A stretch of DNA of 63,999 nucleotides, the filler included, from Dimargaris cristalligena (taxonomy: Eukaryota): assembly GCA_003614675.1 (NCBI GenBank). It is 9 parts of 9 records of this genome, joined end to end, with 100 filler letters (N's around TTAATTAATTAA, not from the genome) between each part and the next. Parts side by side here need not be neighbours in the genome. Positions count along the whole stretch, not along the records: positions 22,031 to 29,220 come from ML003442.1; positions 29,321 to 36,503 come from ML003443.1; positions 36,604 to 43,782 come from ML003444.1; 6 more parts are not named here. One strand, 5' to 3'. The notes beneath the pieces were generated by a model. The model searched no databases. It saw only the letters and a list, made by a program, of their open reading frames with translations, and was not told the DNA's origin. Positions within the stretch are counted from its first letter, which is position 1. Every line of letters starts with the position of its first letter. Positions 27,680-38,681 of this stretch are shown piece by piece. The position numbers and the translations under genes were made by a program.

Positions 27680-28242
27680 TCACTCCCTCCCTCTCTACTC
27701 GTACATGGACGGATGGATGCATCTCCTACTAGATGGACAAGCGACGCGGTATACTCGTCCTTACCCGCAGTAACATGTGTCCATGCTTCTCCTCCTCCTT
27801 CTTATCCTCCTAATCTGCCACGGCTATTATCGTGGATTCATTGTCTAAACGTATTCTCCATTAAATATACGTGTCCTCGAGTATAGCTGTTATCAATTGG
27901 TATGTACATGTATTATCATGCCATCTAATACTTCCTGTTGCCTTTATGATCAATGTGTGTGCTACACTGTAAACAAGTATAGTGGCATGCCTGCTGCAGC
28001 TTATTGGTAGATGCTAATTCTAGTATCGTCTATCAATGGGCACTTTAACATTACACAACACACATACAGTAAACAGAATCATTACAGTCTTTCTAATGTA
28101 TGTATTGATAGTGCAGCTTTTATGTGTATGAAGTTACTTGTAGACAGTTCTATGTGTTAGACATGAAATGTAATGGCTGAAGCATAGGCTACTAGTGGTG
28201 GCCATTGCGCCACCTACACATGTACATAAAAGTACACAGTAA

Positions 28243-28500
28243 TACGCTCATAGCTGCTCGGCTACATGTCCGATCGCGACGAGCAATAACTCGTTCGAAC
28301 CAGCATGCAAAGATGCACCAGAATCCATTCTAGCATCATACACTGTATATCATATTGGAAATGCACTATTGCGCCACACATGTACATACATAATAAACGA
28401 ATGCTTTATTGGTCAATGCTCAGGATCATACTCGATCACAATGAATGTCAGCTTGCCGTGATCAGCTAGGCAAGATGCACCAGATTCCACTCTAACAGCA
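28243..28500 (+). repeat. Two degenerate internal copies of the C4 terminal repeat unit
   Basis: GCTCATAGCT...TTCGAACCAGCA...AAAGATGCACCAGAATCCA at about 28243-28330. AAGATGCACCAGATTCCAC at about 28472-28490. Confidence 0.7.
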
Positions 28501-29023
28501 CACACAGTACATTATCATGGCGATGCGCCATTGCATTGCAATGAACTGATTGCTGTCGGTTGCATCTGGCATCCTCGTTCCTGCCCGCCCATTCTACATG
28601 CCACTGTCGGCACACATTCACCGCACCATGTCTCTCGCACTGAAGCCCATATCCTCAGTTGCTTGTCAAGGCGGCCACTGCATAATACATCCATTACTAC
28701 TATTATCATCCAATAAAGCACTGCTTGTTCATCGATACACAATGACATGCACACTGAACAAAAAGCGCTATCATGGGCATATCTTTCTGTGCTCAATAAT
28801 AGTAGTAATAGCGATATTAATGAAGGTGATGGTTGGTATAGAAATAAACAGTGCGTACCAACTTAGATACTGAAGCTAATGTGAACAAACAAGTAGAAGG
28901 CATTATTGTTGGCTTCATGTACTATGTGCAATAAAGAGCTGGTTGCACATGCCATGAAATGAGCAAAAGAACGAGCGAAGGAGTGCTTTATATGTAAAGG
29001 ACTGATTACACGCGTAGCAGCAT

Positions 29024-29220
29024 GCACATGCAGTGAAAAATGCGATTCCTAGGATGCCACGCTGCTCGAAATGTCAGTGTGGATTCTGGTGCATCTTTCC
29101 GTGCTGGTTCGAATGAGCTACTGCTCGTCTCGATCGAACGTGGTGCTGAGGAGCTATGAGCACATACCTGATTTGGCAGGCACATGCAGTGAAAAATGAG
29201 ATTCCTAGGAGGCCATGCTA
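29024..29220 (-). repeat. Right terminal inverted repeat of C4
   Basis: Reverse complement of 22031-22227. Confidence 0.95.
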
Positions 29221-29582
29221 NNNNNNNNNNNNNNNNNNNNNNNNNNNNNNNNNNNNNNNNNNNNTTAATTAATTAANNNNNNNNNNNNNNNNNNNNNNNN
29301 NNNNNNNNNNNNNNNNNNNNCATACTCGTCAGGGGCAGGGGCAGGGGCTCATTCACTCGTCAGGGGCGTACTTCCGATAAGTGCGAAAAATAGATAAAAA
29401 ATAAAAGTAGGTAAAAAATGTAGTAAGTTCACCATACTGGGAATAGGTGCCACCAAAGTTTGTGGTTCTTGGGGAGGCAGCACAACATTATATTATGATG
29501 GGTATTGGATATTATTAAGCTTTAGTGATTTCACCAATAATATACCTCATAACCATTAATCAAATCACCTCCTTTTTACTAT

Positions 29583-30167
29583 TGTCATCCCTCCTAATCT
29601 GACCTAATCCTGACTTAACCATTGTCTGTCCTTATTAGGCCTTATAGCACCATATTAACCCTCCCATAGTTACCCCCAGTACTATGGGATCATCATCTAT
29701 TTTATAACCCTTCTCCTTCTGACCCCCAATGCTTCACACAAAATACTCCACCAGCTGATCCAAATGACTCTTCTGGTTCCCATGAGAGTCTTCCAGATAT
29801 AAAGCTGTCTGGTCAGATTCCTTATCTACCTATACCTTAGTCTTAGTAGCATTTCCCTTGTGACCTCCCTCTAGAGCTGTTCCTGTGTATATATAACTGG
29901 GCCCCACTGGGACTGGTTTAATTCTTTAGCTTATTCATGCCCCCTAGTTTACCCCAATAAACTCTATATATGCTCACTCCCTCACACTAACTAGTAAGTG
30001 TGCCTGCTGCATGTCCCTTGCTTTTACTTGCACTTGTCCTTTATTGGTTAGTACTATGCCCCTATCCTAATACTAGTAGCCTGCTTAGCCAAGCCTAAGC
30101 CCTACCTACCATTAGAAGCCTATCCTTGGGACTCTTGATGGATAAAGAGTGGTTAACCCAGGCAACA
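29583..30167 (+). mobile_element. LTR, family A, abutting a Copia pol remnant
   Basis: TGTCA...GCAACA termini; full-length homology to 16956-17538. Confidence 0.88.
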
Positions 30168-30865
30168 CTACCAACTCTAATTTTGATACAGAGGACATCC
30201 CTTTTGCCAACTTAGTTGGAAGCCTCATGTATCTAGTAAACTCAATAAGGCCTGACATAGCCTACACTGTCAACAGGTTAAGTGCATTCAACTTTGGGCT
30301 AACCCCTGAGTACTGGCAAGCTGTGAAACACATTTTAAGGTACCTAAAAGGAATAAAAAATAGTGGACTTACCTTTAAAACAAGTGACAAACTGTAACTA
30401 GAGGGGGCCACTGATAGTGACTGGGCAAACAGCTCCACTGACAGGAAGTCAATTACTAGGTCTGTTTTTATTTTGGCTGGTTCACTAATTAATTGGACAT
30501 CAAAGAAACAAAAGATCATTGCCATGTCCACTGCTGAAGCCAAGTACATCACCCTATCCAAAGCCATTAAAGAAGCAATCTGGTTAAAGGCATCACTGGA
30601 ATTCCTAGGGGAAACTGCACCTACTGTGACCATTGATTGTGACACCACAGCCAGCATCACTATGGTGACCAATCCAGGAAACCATAGTCAAACTAAACAT
30701 ATAGATATTCATTACCACTTTATTCATGATTATATTGAAAAAGGAGTAGTAAAACTAAACAAGGTAGTAAGTGAAAAACAAAGGGAGGACTTCCTAACTA
30801 AAGCCCTTGGTTTACCAGCCTTTTCTTACTGTTTACAGCTCTTTAGATGGGACAATAATAAATGA
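30168..30865 (+). pseudogene. Ty1/Copia reverse transcriptase C-terminus and RNase H, with one in-frame stop
   Basis: LVGSLMYL...RPDIAYTV, KHILRYLKG, TDSDWA...DRKS, STAEAKY, TKHIDIHYHFI and DFLTK. TAA at 30395-30397. Confidence 0.93.
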
Positions 30866-30963
30866 AAGGGGAATGTTGGAAATTCATTTCCCCCATCCAA
30901 CTGATTCCGTCTCTGTGATTGGCTCGTCCTATACTCAGGACTATATTCTAGCCTTTACTATAT

Positions 30964-31099
30964 GGGTGAAATTCAAACCAGGTGTATAGGGGTTTACATA
31001 ATACATGCATGGGTGAATATATGTAAGAATAGCTTTTAGCCAGTAATATTGGTCTCATCCAATGGATTTTTCGTTATATAGCCTGAATGAACTTCTCTC
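30964..31099 (-). mobile_element. MITE (family C), inserted in the Copia LTR
   Basis: Imperfect terminal inverted repeats, ATAT on both sides, homologous to 33474-33608. Confidence 0.85.
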
Positions 31100-31150
31100 A
31101 TATCCTTCTTTACCCAGGACTTTGTCCTAATCATTATAACTGCTATTATC

Positions 31151-31464
31151 ATTGATAGATGCCATCAACGTTTTGTTATTTATTGGCAATGCTTATTACG
31201 CCAATTGGATAAGTCCACTGTCTGCAATAACCGAAAAGCCGTTGTACACAAGTGTAAAGAATACAGCAGAGACAAATTTTGATAGTAAAAATAGAATAAA
31301 CTAATAGGGTCGGATGGTAGGAAGGAATAGAAGAAGGAGAAAGATAGAGAAACAAATTTTCGCATGGAAATTTTTCCTTTCTACTTCGGGGAAAGTAATA
31401 TTTTTACGGGAAAATTTTTCTTTCCCCTCTATTAACATAATGCGTTTTTTAAAAACAAATTATC
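31151..31464. mobile_element. Unclassified insertion of about 310 bp (family E); partial second copy at 50737-50974
   Basis: Absent from the other LTR copy. ATTATC occurs at both junctions. About 240 bp are shared with 50737-50974. Confidence 0.75.
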
Positions 31465-31762
31465 TAACTCAATAAAACTTACCACGGGAATCTAGCCTTA
31501 CCCCTTGCGGCTCTTTCTCTCTTCTTTAAATCTTTTTAGTTGTATCTGAAGGCACTTGCGTTTACCATCAAATCTATATTTCCAATACCCTATACCTATA
31601 TTCTTCAAAGAGGTTTAAAACTATAAATGCAGGGCACACTGCCTATCTTCAGTTGATCGCAACCCTCACCACAGACCCACTCTCCTATTCCTACATACCT
31701 TTTTCGGTTCTAGTCATTCCCTTTCCGCACCCCCAATTTATCGTAAGCTATATTTGAACACG

Positions 31763-33347
31763 ATGAAACTCGCCTTTACTGTCCACCTGGCTTCCATCTT
31801 TGCGCTAGCTTTCCAGCATGCTGGAGCTATACCTACAGATGGCGGCACCTCCGAACACATGCCTAGCGATAAATTCAACGCGCTTCCTACCGAATTGAAG
31901 AGAATGATAGCTTTATACCTCGACGGGTATGCGCAAATGCAAATGAGCACGGTCAGTAGGGCATGGCGCGAAAATATTCAAGTGACGACTTGCAAAGCTG
32001 TAAGTTAACTTTGGACCCACTATGACACAGTTCCGTCTTTATGTACATGATCAAATAGTCCTAGCATTTACAATCAGGCTTCAGCATTAATGATAAAAAA
32101 TACATTAGACATTGATGATCCGATGTGAGGTAAGGGGTCGTTTCGTCTATGTGTTAAAACTTTAATCGGGGCTTGACATCTAATCTAAGCCGCTTCTTTT
32201 TTACAATATCCATTGCTGTTCCTGATTTATTTTGGGGCATTGATTTATCTATTAACCGTCACCGATATGACAGGCGCCGCTTTTGGCTAGGGGTTTGGTT
32301 CAAAAAATCCAGGAGCCGCCCACTACCGAGGCTCAAACTAGAGGCAATTCTGCAACGGATATCACTAAGGGCCAAAGCATCGCCCACGATGTGATGAATC
32401 TTACCAAGCACGCGACTATAGTGGCCTTTAAAGAGTTCATGCAGTCCAATACCCATTCCATTACTTGGATGAACCGCCACGCCGTATTATCTGCTACCCA
32501 AATTGGCCAAGTTGGGCCCACTCGGATGCTACTGGTTGAGCCACTCACCAAGGATTTATTGCAAGTCAACTTCCCAATATTTACCCTGGCCGAGAATCTC
32601 ACCACCGAGGAATTTACCAAATTCTTGGCGACCTTGTTTGGCTACGAGTACGTGATTGAGGTTGGTAAATCGATTGCAGATCTCTTTCCCGAGCCTTGCC
32701 AACGAGTTGCTCAGAATAATATCGCGGAGGCTTTGCCGTACATGTACCGTATGGTCCTGTCCCATGTAACATGGTACTTGTACACGCATACCAGTTTCGA
32801 TAAAGTACAGAAGTACTTCGAAAGCTCCTTGGCCCCCCGAAATGCCCTACAAGTCAATTCCCAAATGAATTCACGTCCCCTGCAGGCCCGTCTTGGTGCC
32901 ATCCTGGCCGCAAGTAGGTTTGCCGAAGCTCCCCAAGTGGCCACAGTCACCGATAGCAAGACTCAGGCCGTCATCCAAGCTGAGATTGCGTATTTCTGGA
33001 ATCAAGTCAACCGGGAAGAAGAATTTATGGATCCTATGGGGGAGGGCTACCTAGAGTTCGGTGATGTATTCCTGCCATGCTTGCGCCGGTACAACTTAAT
33101 TAGGGCTCACACTTTCTTCAACCAAAATGCCGGAAGCCTAGGTCTGGTTGCTGAAGATCTCCGCAATGAAGATGGTCTCCTGTTATCAGATATTGGGGAC
33201 TTTGAAATGGAGGGACTTTGTCAGGACGTTTTGTTTGACCTTAAGCAATTCAGACTAAATGATACTGAAGGCTTTGGGTTCACGGTTGTCGAACCTCTGC
33301 TCTGGAAGGCCAATGTCATCCAATATACATTTAGTGCCATGGAATGA
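31763..33347 (+). CDS. Putative secreted F-box protein, about 436 aa; exons 31763-31999 and 32274-33347
   Basis: Signal-like MKLAFTVHLASIFALAFQHAGA, then F-box-like FNALPTELKRMIALYLDGYAQMQMSTVSRAWR. Phase-0 GTAAGT...CAG intron. TATAAAT at 31622. Confidence 0.78.
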
Positions 33348-33473
33348 ATCTGGGGGTAGCCTCATTCTGCATTCCCTATTCGGCTGTAAACCTGGGCTAT
33401 GCATCTCTAAAAATACTTTGGAATGGCGCCATGCTTTATTATATATTTATCTTATTTTGTGATAAATATATAT

Positions 33474-33608
33474 GGGAAAGGTTCAACCAGGCTGTATAAC
33501 GATAAATCAGTTGGACGAGGCAAAAACTATTAGTTAATAATGGGTCTCTCATATTTTTCCCATGCGCGTATCATCCAAAACCTTATACAGCTGCACTGAA
33601 TTCCACCC
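33474..33608 (+). mobile_element. MITE (family C)
   Basis: ATAT-GGGAAAGGTTCAACC...GAATTCCACCC-ATAT. Confidence 0.85.
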
Positions 33609-36452
33609 ATATGTATAGAAGAGCAAGTCTCCAGGACTACCGTTGTTAATGTCGAAGACTTGTACTAAATGGGGTACCTTTAATAATATTTATATGGATT
33701 AACTAATCGGACAAATTTTCAGTAGGTTCATGCATTTTTCTAGAATATAAACGATGGAGCCCTGTATACTATATTTAATATGTGTTGTCATATTAACAAA
33801 ATATATAAATGCAATATAGGTACAATTGGCGCTTGGCCTATTACAAAGAAAGGACGTCATTAGAAGGATATACTATGCTACAGCATATCTAATAAACGCT
33901 TATTTACTGACTACGATACCATTATCTTAGAAAATGGCTACCCCAAAAAACATACAAATTACACATACCTACCGTTGGGTTTGTTAAGAATGAGTTTGAG
34001 CGAGTGTAGATGTGTTTAGAAAGGCCAGTTTTATTGTTAGCGGCCCTAGTAGGTATGGATATTAAAGTAGCGAATGTAGATAATGAAGGATATTGTATAG
34101 GAGCAATAATCATCTGAGGACCCGTCTCTGGGATAGCCAACTGTTCCTTTTATACTGGGGTAATTCAAGAACCAGCTAGGCGCATATAGACTTGAACGGT
34201 ACTCACTGGATGGTTCGTATTATCCATGCGGCCTGGATAGGCCCGTCAGTACCCTTGTAGAGTCTCCAAGGTGTACTGGGGATAGAGGTAGAGTGGATAC
34301 CATTAGTGGCCTGGTTGGATGTTTGAATATATATATTGTCTGACTGGTGCTGGGTACCCCCAGTGCTACAGTATTTACAGGTTCACAGAGGCAGTCTTAC
34401 ACGGGTATACTATACCTTCCCTCCCCAAAAAGACTAGGCCAATATCAGCTGAAATAAGGACCTAGCTATGTAACTAAGCTAGTAGCGGCAACTATTATCT
34501 ATTTTACTTGAGAAAAATGCCTTGGAATGCAATACCCGGAAAAAGGGCTATCAGTATTGTCTATTCCTTACTGCCATGCAGAGACTAAATAGCTAGTCGG
34601 CCACTCCCAACCACCCTTTAATAATGGATTTTCGATGTTTGTTGGGCCATTTTAAGGTATCGTTAGTAGTAATAGACCATACCCTCTTCTGTGCGTATAG
34701 TTTGAACTGATATGCCAAGATGCTGCAATGATATCCCACCACCTGGATCAAATAGTGCATAATAAGTCAGAGGTTCCAAAAGGTAGTAGCCAGTCTTAAA
34801 TATACTGCCTTGATTTCGTAGTCACTGTCAACTTGGGGCCATGTTATAGGCTATATAAAGAAGCCCCAAGTAGGGTAGGCAACTCCATTGAATTGCGAGT
34901 AAATTATTTGGCTTGTACCATTGGTAAAGAAATCCATTGAAAACTGACAGAAGGTACATACAATATGGATATCTTCATTGGTAATGAACATACTGAAGTG
35001 CTTCATAGAGCGGTTGCCTCAATAAAAAATCTAATTTTGCACCATTAATTTTTGATTTGGCTATCTTCAAAGTCCCCATTATGGCTCATATTCGTTACTT
35101 GGAGGTAAAGTGTGGAGTAATAGGCTACAATAGATGTTTGTATTGTTGGTTGATACCTCTCCTCCCTGGTGAAGGATGTGCTGCATCATTGGATGCATCC
35201 CATGTCCAATATCTGTTTTTTCCTTCAGTAAGCACTTTGAACAGTAAACACTGTGCAGAGCTCTTCCAGAGTGCAAGTCAATATAAAAATTGAGCAGCAG
35301 CAAATGCAGAACCATAATGCACAGTAGATGCATCATACTAATATATTTTTGAAACAATAGGCATTTCCATTACATTTGTAGACTCAGCTTACTCTCCAGC
35401 ATTACTATCCCCTATTTTCAAATTATAGCTGTATTGTCCAGAGCAGTATAAATACTTCAGAATTGGGCCTTTCATTTACACCCCTTCGTCATACCACCCA
35501 CCTACCTACTTGTGAGTGCTATTTCCCAATCTCTAGCCAGATACAGCCTCTGCCAAATTGTAAGCCCACCAGCCCTTTTGATTTCTCTATCAATTCACAT
35601 ACTCACCAATCCCTTCCCCCTTCCAATAAATCTCAAGTAAGGAATCTAGCACCAATTACCTTACTACACTAACCAAAGTCACATTCCCTCTGACATGACT
35701 GGCACCCTGATACATAGTAACTAAATCTCTTATTCATGTGTAGCATTTTTTTTCAATCAATATACTAATATGTGATGAGAACCATGTTGACTCACATTCC
35801 TAACTACATGAGCTCTACCACTTCTTCTTGTGCTTGTCAAGTTACTTCTGCCAAACCTCTTGCTCCAAAGGTAATTGCATCAACCTTCTTTTAATACTAC
35901 TCATGGCTATATTATTATACCCTACCCATTTGGCTATACATTGGTTATTGCCTATTTTTTTTTAACCCAATATCTCATATAGTTCACTTAAGCTACCAGG
36001 GGCCAGAGCCAACAAATTAAGTGTGGGGTTGCAGTTGCTAATGCTGGCCAGTCAGTGGCCCATAGCCGGGGTAATTTCAATAAAAAACACCACTCCCACA
36101 CTATCAAAAAACCCCAGGCTAATGTGCCAAAGCTGAAGCCAAAGACTAATATCTTGGTTACTGTTATACCTACAGCTAGAGCAGGGACCAGCCCTGGCCA
36201 CTGCAGCAACCCAGCCTCCCTGGATTCCATTGAAATAACTGGGGCTATAACCCCAGAAGTGCCAATGGCAGACTAGAGTGGGTTATATACATACATTAGT
36301 GTTAATAACAATATATATAGTCCCTTACTCAACCTTATCAGAGAATACTAATAGGCCAAATGAAAGTGTGCTAGCTGTACTCATTGATTCCTTGGTTTAT
36401 TAGTTTTTAACTCTTATTCACTAGCCATATACTACATATTGCTTATATATAT

Positions 36453-36503
36453 GGGAGAAGTTCAATCAAGCTATATAACGATTTGGATGAAAGTTCCAAT
36501 TGA
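36453..36503 (+). mobile_element. Family C terminus at the contig end
   Basis: ATAT-GGGAGAAGTTCAATC... The stretch 36449-36503 is the exact reverse complement of 58434-58488. Confidence 0.75.
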
Positions 36504-36603
36504 NNNNNNNNNNNNNNNNNNNNNNNNNNNNNNNNNNNNNNNNNNNNTTAATTAATTAANNNNNNNNNNNNNNNNNNNNNNNNNNNNNNNNNNNNNNNNN
36601 NNN

Positions 36604-36796
36604 GGGCTTCCATGGGAATTGGAAGGCACTAAGATCACCTACAAGTGATTAGTGCGAACTCCGGGAGGCCTGGCCGGTTAAGGGGATATCAATGATGTTC
36701 GGCCTTGTTAGGGCCGGGGGGTACAATATGGTGCTATACGGCCTGATATGATGGCAGTCATATCGGTTGGATTAGGACAGATTAGGAGGGGCGACA
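36604..36796 (-). mobile_element. 5' part of a family-A-related LTR that retains its CpGs
   Basis: Reverse complement starts TGTCGCCCCTCCTAATCTG and includes AGGCCGTATAGCACCATATT, matching the LTR starts at 29583 and 16956. Confidence 0.75.
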
Positions 36797-38681
36797 CACT
36801 GTGAATATATTTAGCTGACATTCATTCCACCACTCAGCCGGACTGCTTGCAAACCTCCTTTATATATATATATATATATGTATAGGAATGGTCACCACTA
36901 AGAGTTCCGGGTCATACATCCCCATAAAGATTGGCTAGTATGCTAAAGGGAGGGGCCGGTGGATAGATGGGGCAGCCGAAGCCCCTATTTGCCAAAGCCT
37001 CCCATGATTGCACACAAACACTCATTCACTATCTCAAGTCCAAATACTACGCAAAGTAAAAGAAACCTGGCCTTCCGACGAATAACTAGTTAATGGTTTT
37101 TAAAACCCGGGTGTATTTCCTACCACATTCTGTATACAAGTGCATGGTTGCATCTCTTACCAATAATGTGAGGAAAGGTCACATTTACCACTGGATACTC
37201 TGCCCGTAGGTGGAGCTAGTCCACTAGTTAGCCAATATAATGGCCGCACAAGTAATTTAACCCGCCGGTGCTTTTATTGAACTTAAACTGCAGTTCATAA
37301 TAGGGCATGTGTAGTAGTGGCTAGTCATAGGGAAGTTGCCTTCATAGTCAGTTGGGGAGGGGAGTGCCAGGGGACCGTGAAATAGATCATTCTCGTTACA
37401 ACTTAAACCACTAAAATTTGATTATCGGGGGTGATGCTCATCACTAATAAATACCGTCTTTACTTGACACTAATGCTTGCCACCTTATCCCACCACCAGT
37501 ATACACCGGCTGGATAGTGAGGAGGCCCAATTGAATAAAGCAGAACCAAGGGAGCCTTGTCAATAAAAATCGCCCACTATGGCCTCCCCCGGTGCATTGT
37601 GGTAATCCTTGAACGGTTTTCTCATTTACCGTTATTCCTTAACATGTCCCCTTTTTGCCCCCTTTCAATGGACATCGGGGTAGTCTTTTTGCATAAACGG
37701 ATTTTGTAAAAAAAAAAACACATATTATACGCTTTTTCCCTGTAGGAGGCTGGTATCGTGAACAACGCAGCTGATGTAGTAAAACATGCCTCTATTATTT
37801 GCGACAGAAAGTGTAGAGACCGTTTGTATGAATTTCAATAAAAATCTACAGTTATGTTTATCCAATGCCCCTTGCATTTCAACTAACAGTTACTAAAATG
37901 AGCCAGGATGCTCCCAAACATCTGGAGGCGACTATTCACAGTGGGGCGCTTGACTGGGATTGGTACGAGTGACAAGCCTTGCTATTTTATTAGATGCTGC
38001 CCGATTAAATGGGTTGGTATGTAGGCCGTGTTACCATTGGTAAACTGGGATAGCCGACCATTGCTGAGCAGAGAAATGGAGAAAGAATTATACATTACAT
38101 CCCTTATAAATTGTCGAGATTCATCACGGATATCTTTGTATCATGATAAAACAAACCAGCGACCCACTGCTTACTTCATTTTCGAGATATCAGATATACC
38201 CTCGAACAGGCTACTACTCATGCCCTTAGGACGTGATAAATGGCCCCCCATCTGTCAGGAAGAGCCACTTGCTGGTTGGTAGAGTGGGTACTTTGGCCAT
38301 ATAACCGACATCGTCGAGCGGTAAAGTGGGGGAACCCGCACACCCCCAACCACAGTGTCATATGTTTATTGATATTGGTGTACCTTTTGAAGCGCGTGAC
38401 TTAATCAGCCATATTGTATCCGCCAGACTATAATCCATTAGTGTGATGGACAAAACCGAATGCCAATATATGGAAAAGAAGAGCCCAACCTGTCTAATCA
38501 AGAATTAACCCTTTAATGGGAAGCCCGGCTCGACTGTAAAAAGTAAAATCGGTACACAGGGGGACTGGGCTTTTTCAGAAAATATGGAGGATCTCTCCAG
38601 CTAACCCCATTCGCGTACCAGCAAATGTTTGATAAGACGGGATTGGGTATCATATAAATTTAAGGGCTGGGTCGTTCTATT

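Larger units (their letters stand above)
30874..31587 (+). mobile_element. Copia 3' LTR (family B) interrupted by two nested insertions
   Basis: Polypurine tract GAAAGGGGAA then TGTTGGAAAT...TTCCAATA. Colinear with the reverse complement of 45490-45749 once 30964-31103 and 31151-31464 are removed. Confidence 0.9.

Noticed and set aside
30395..30397. In-frame stops in TE frames as possible readthrough or an alternative genetic code
   Set aside because: Host genes use all three stops normally, and the TE stops fit C-to-T decay.
34650..35357. Coding-like minus-strand frame with scattered stops
   Set aside because: No recognisable family and the stop density is not clearly below chance; possibly a decayed TE or gene.
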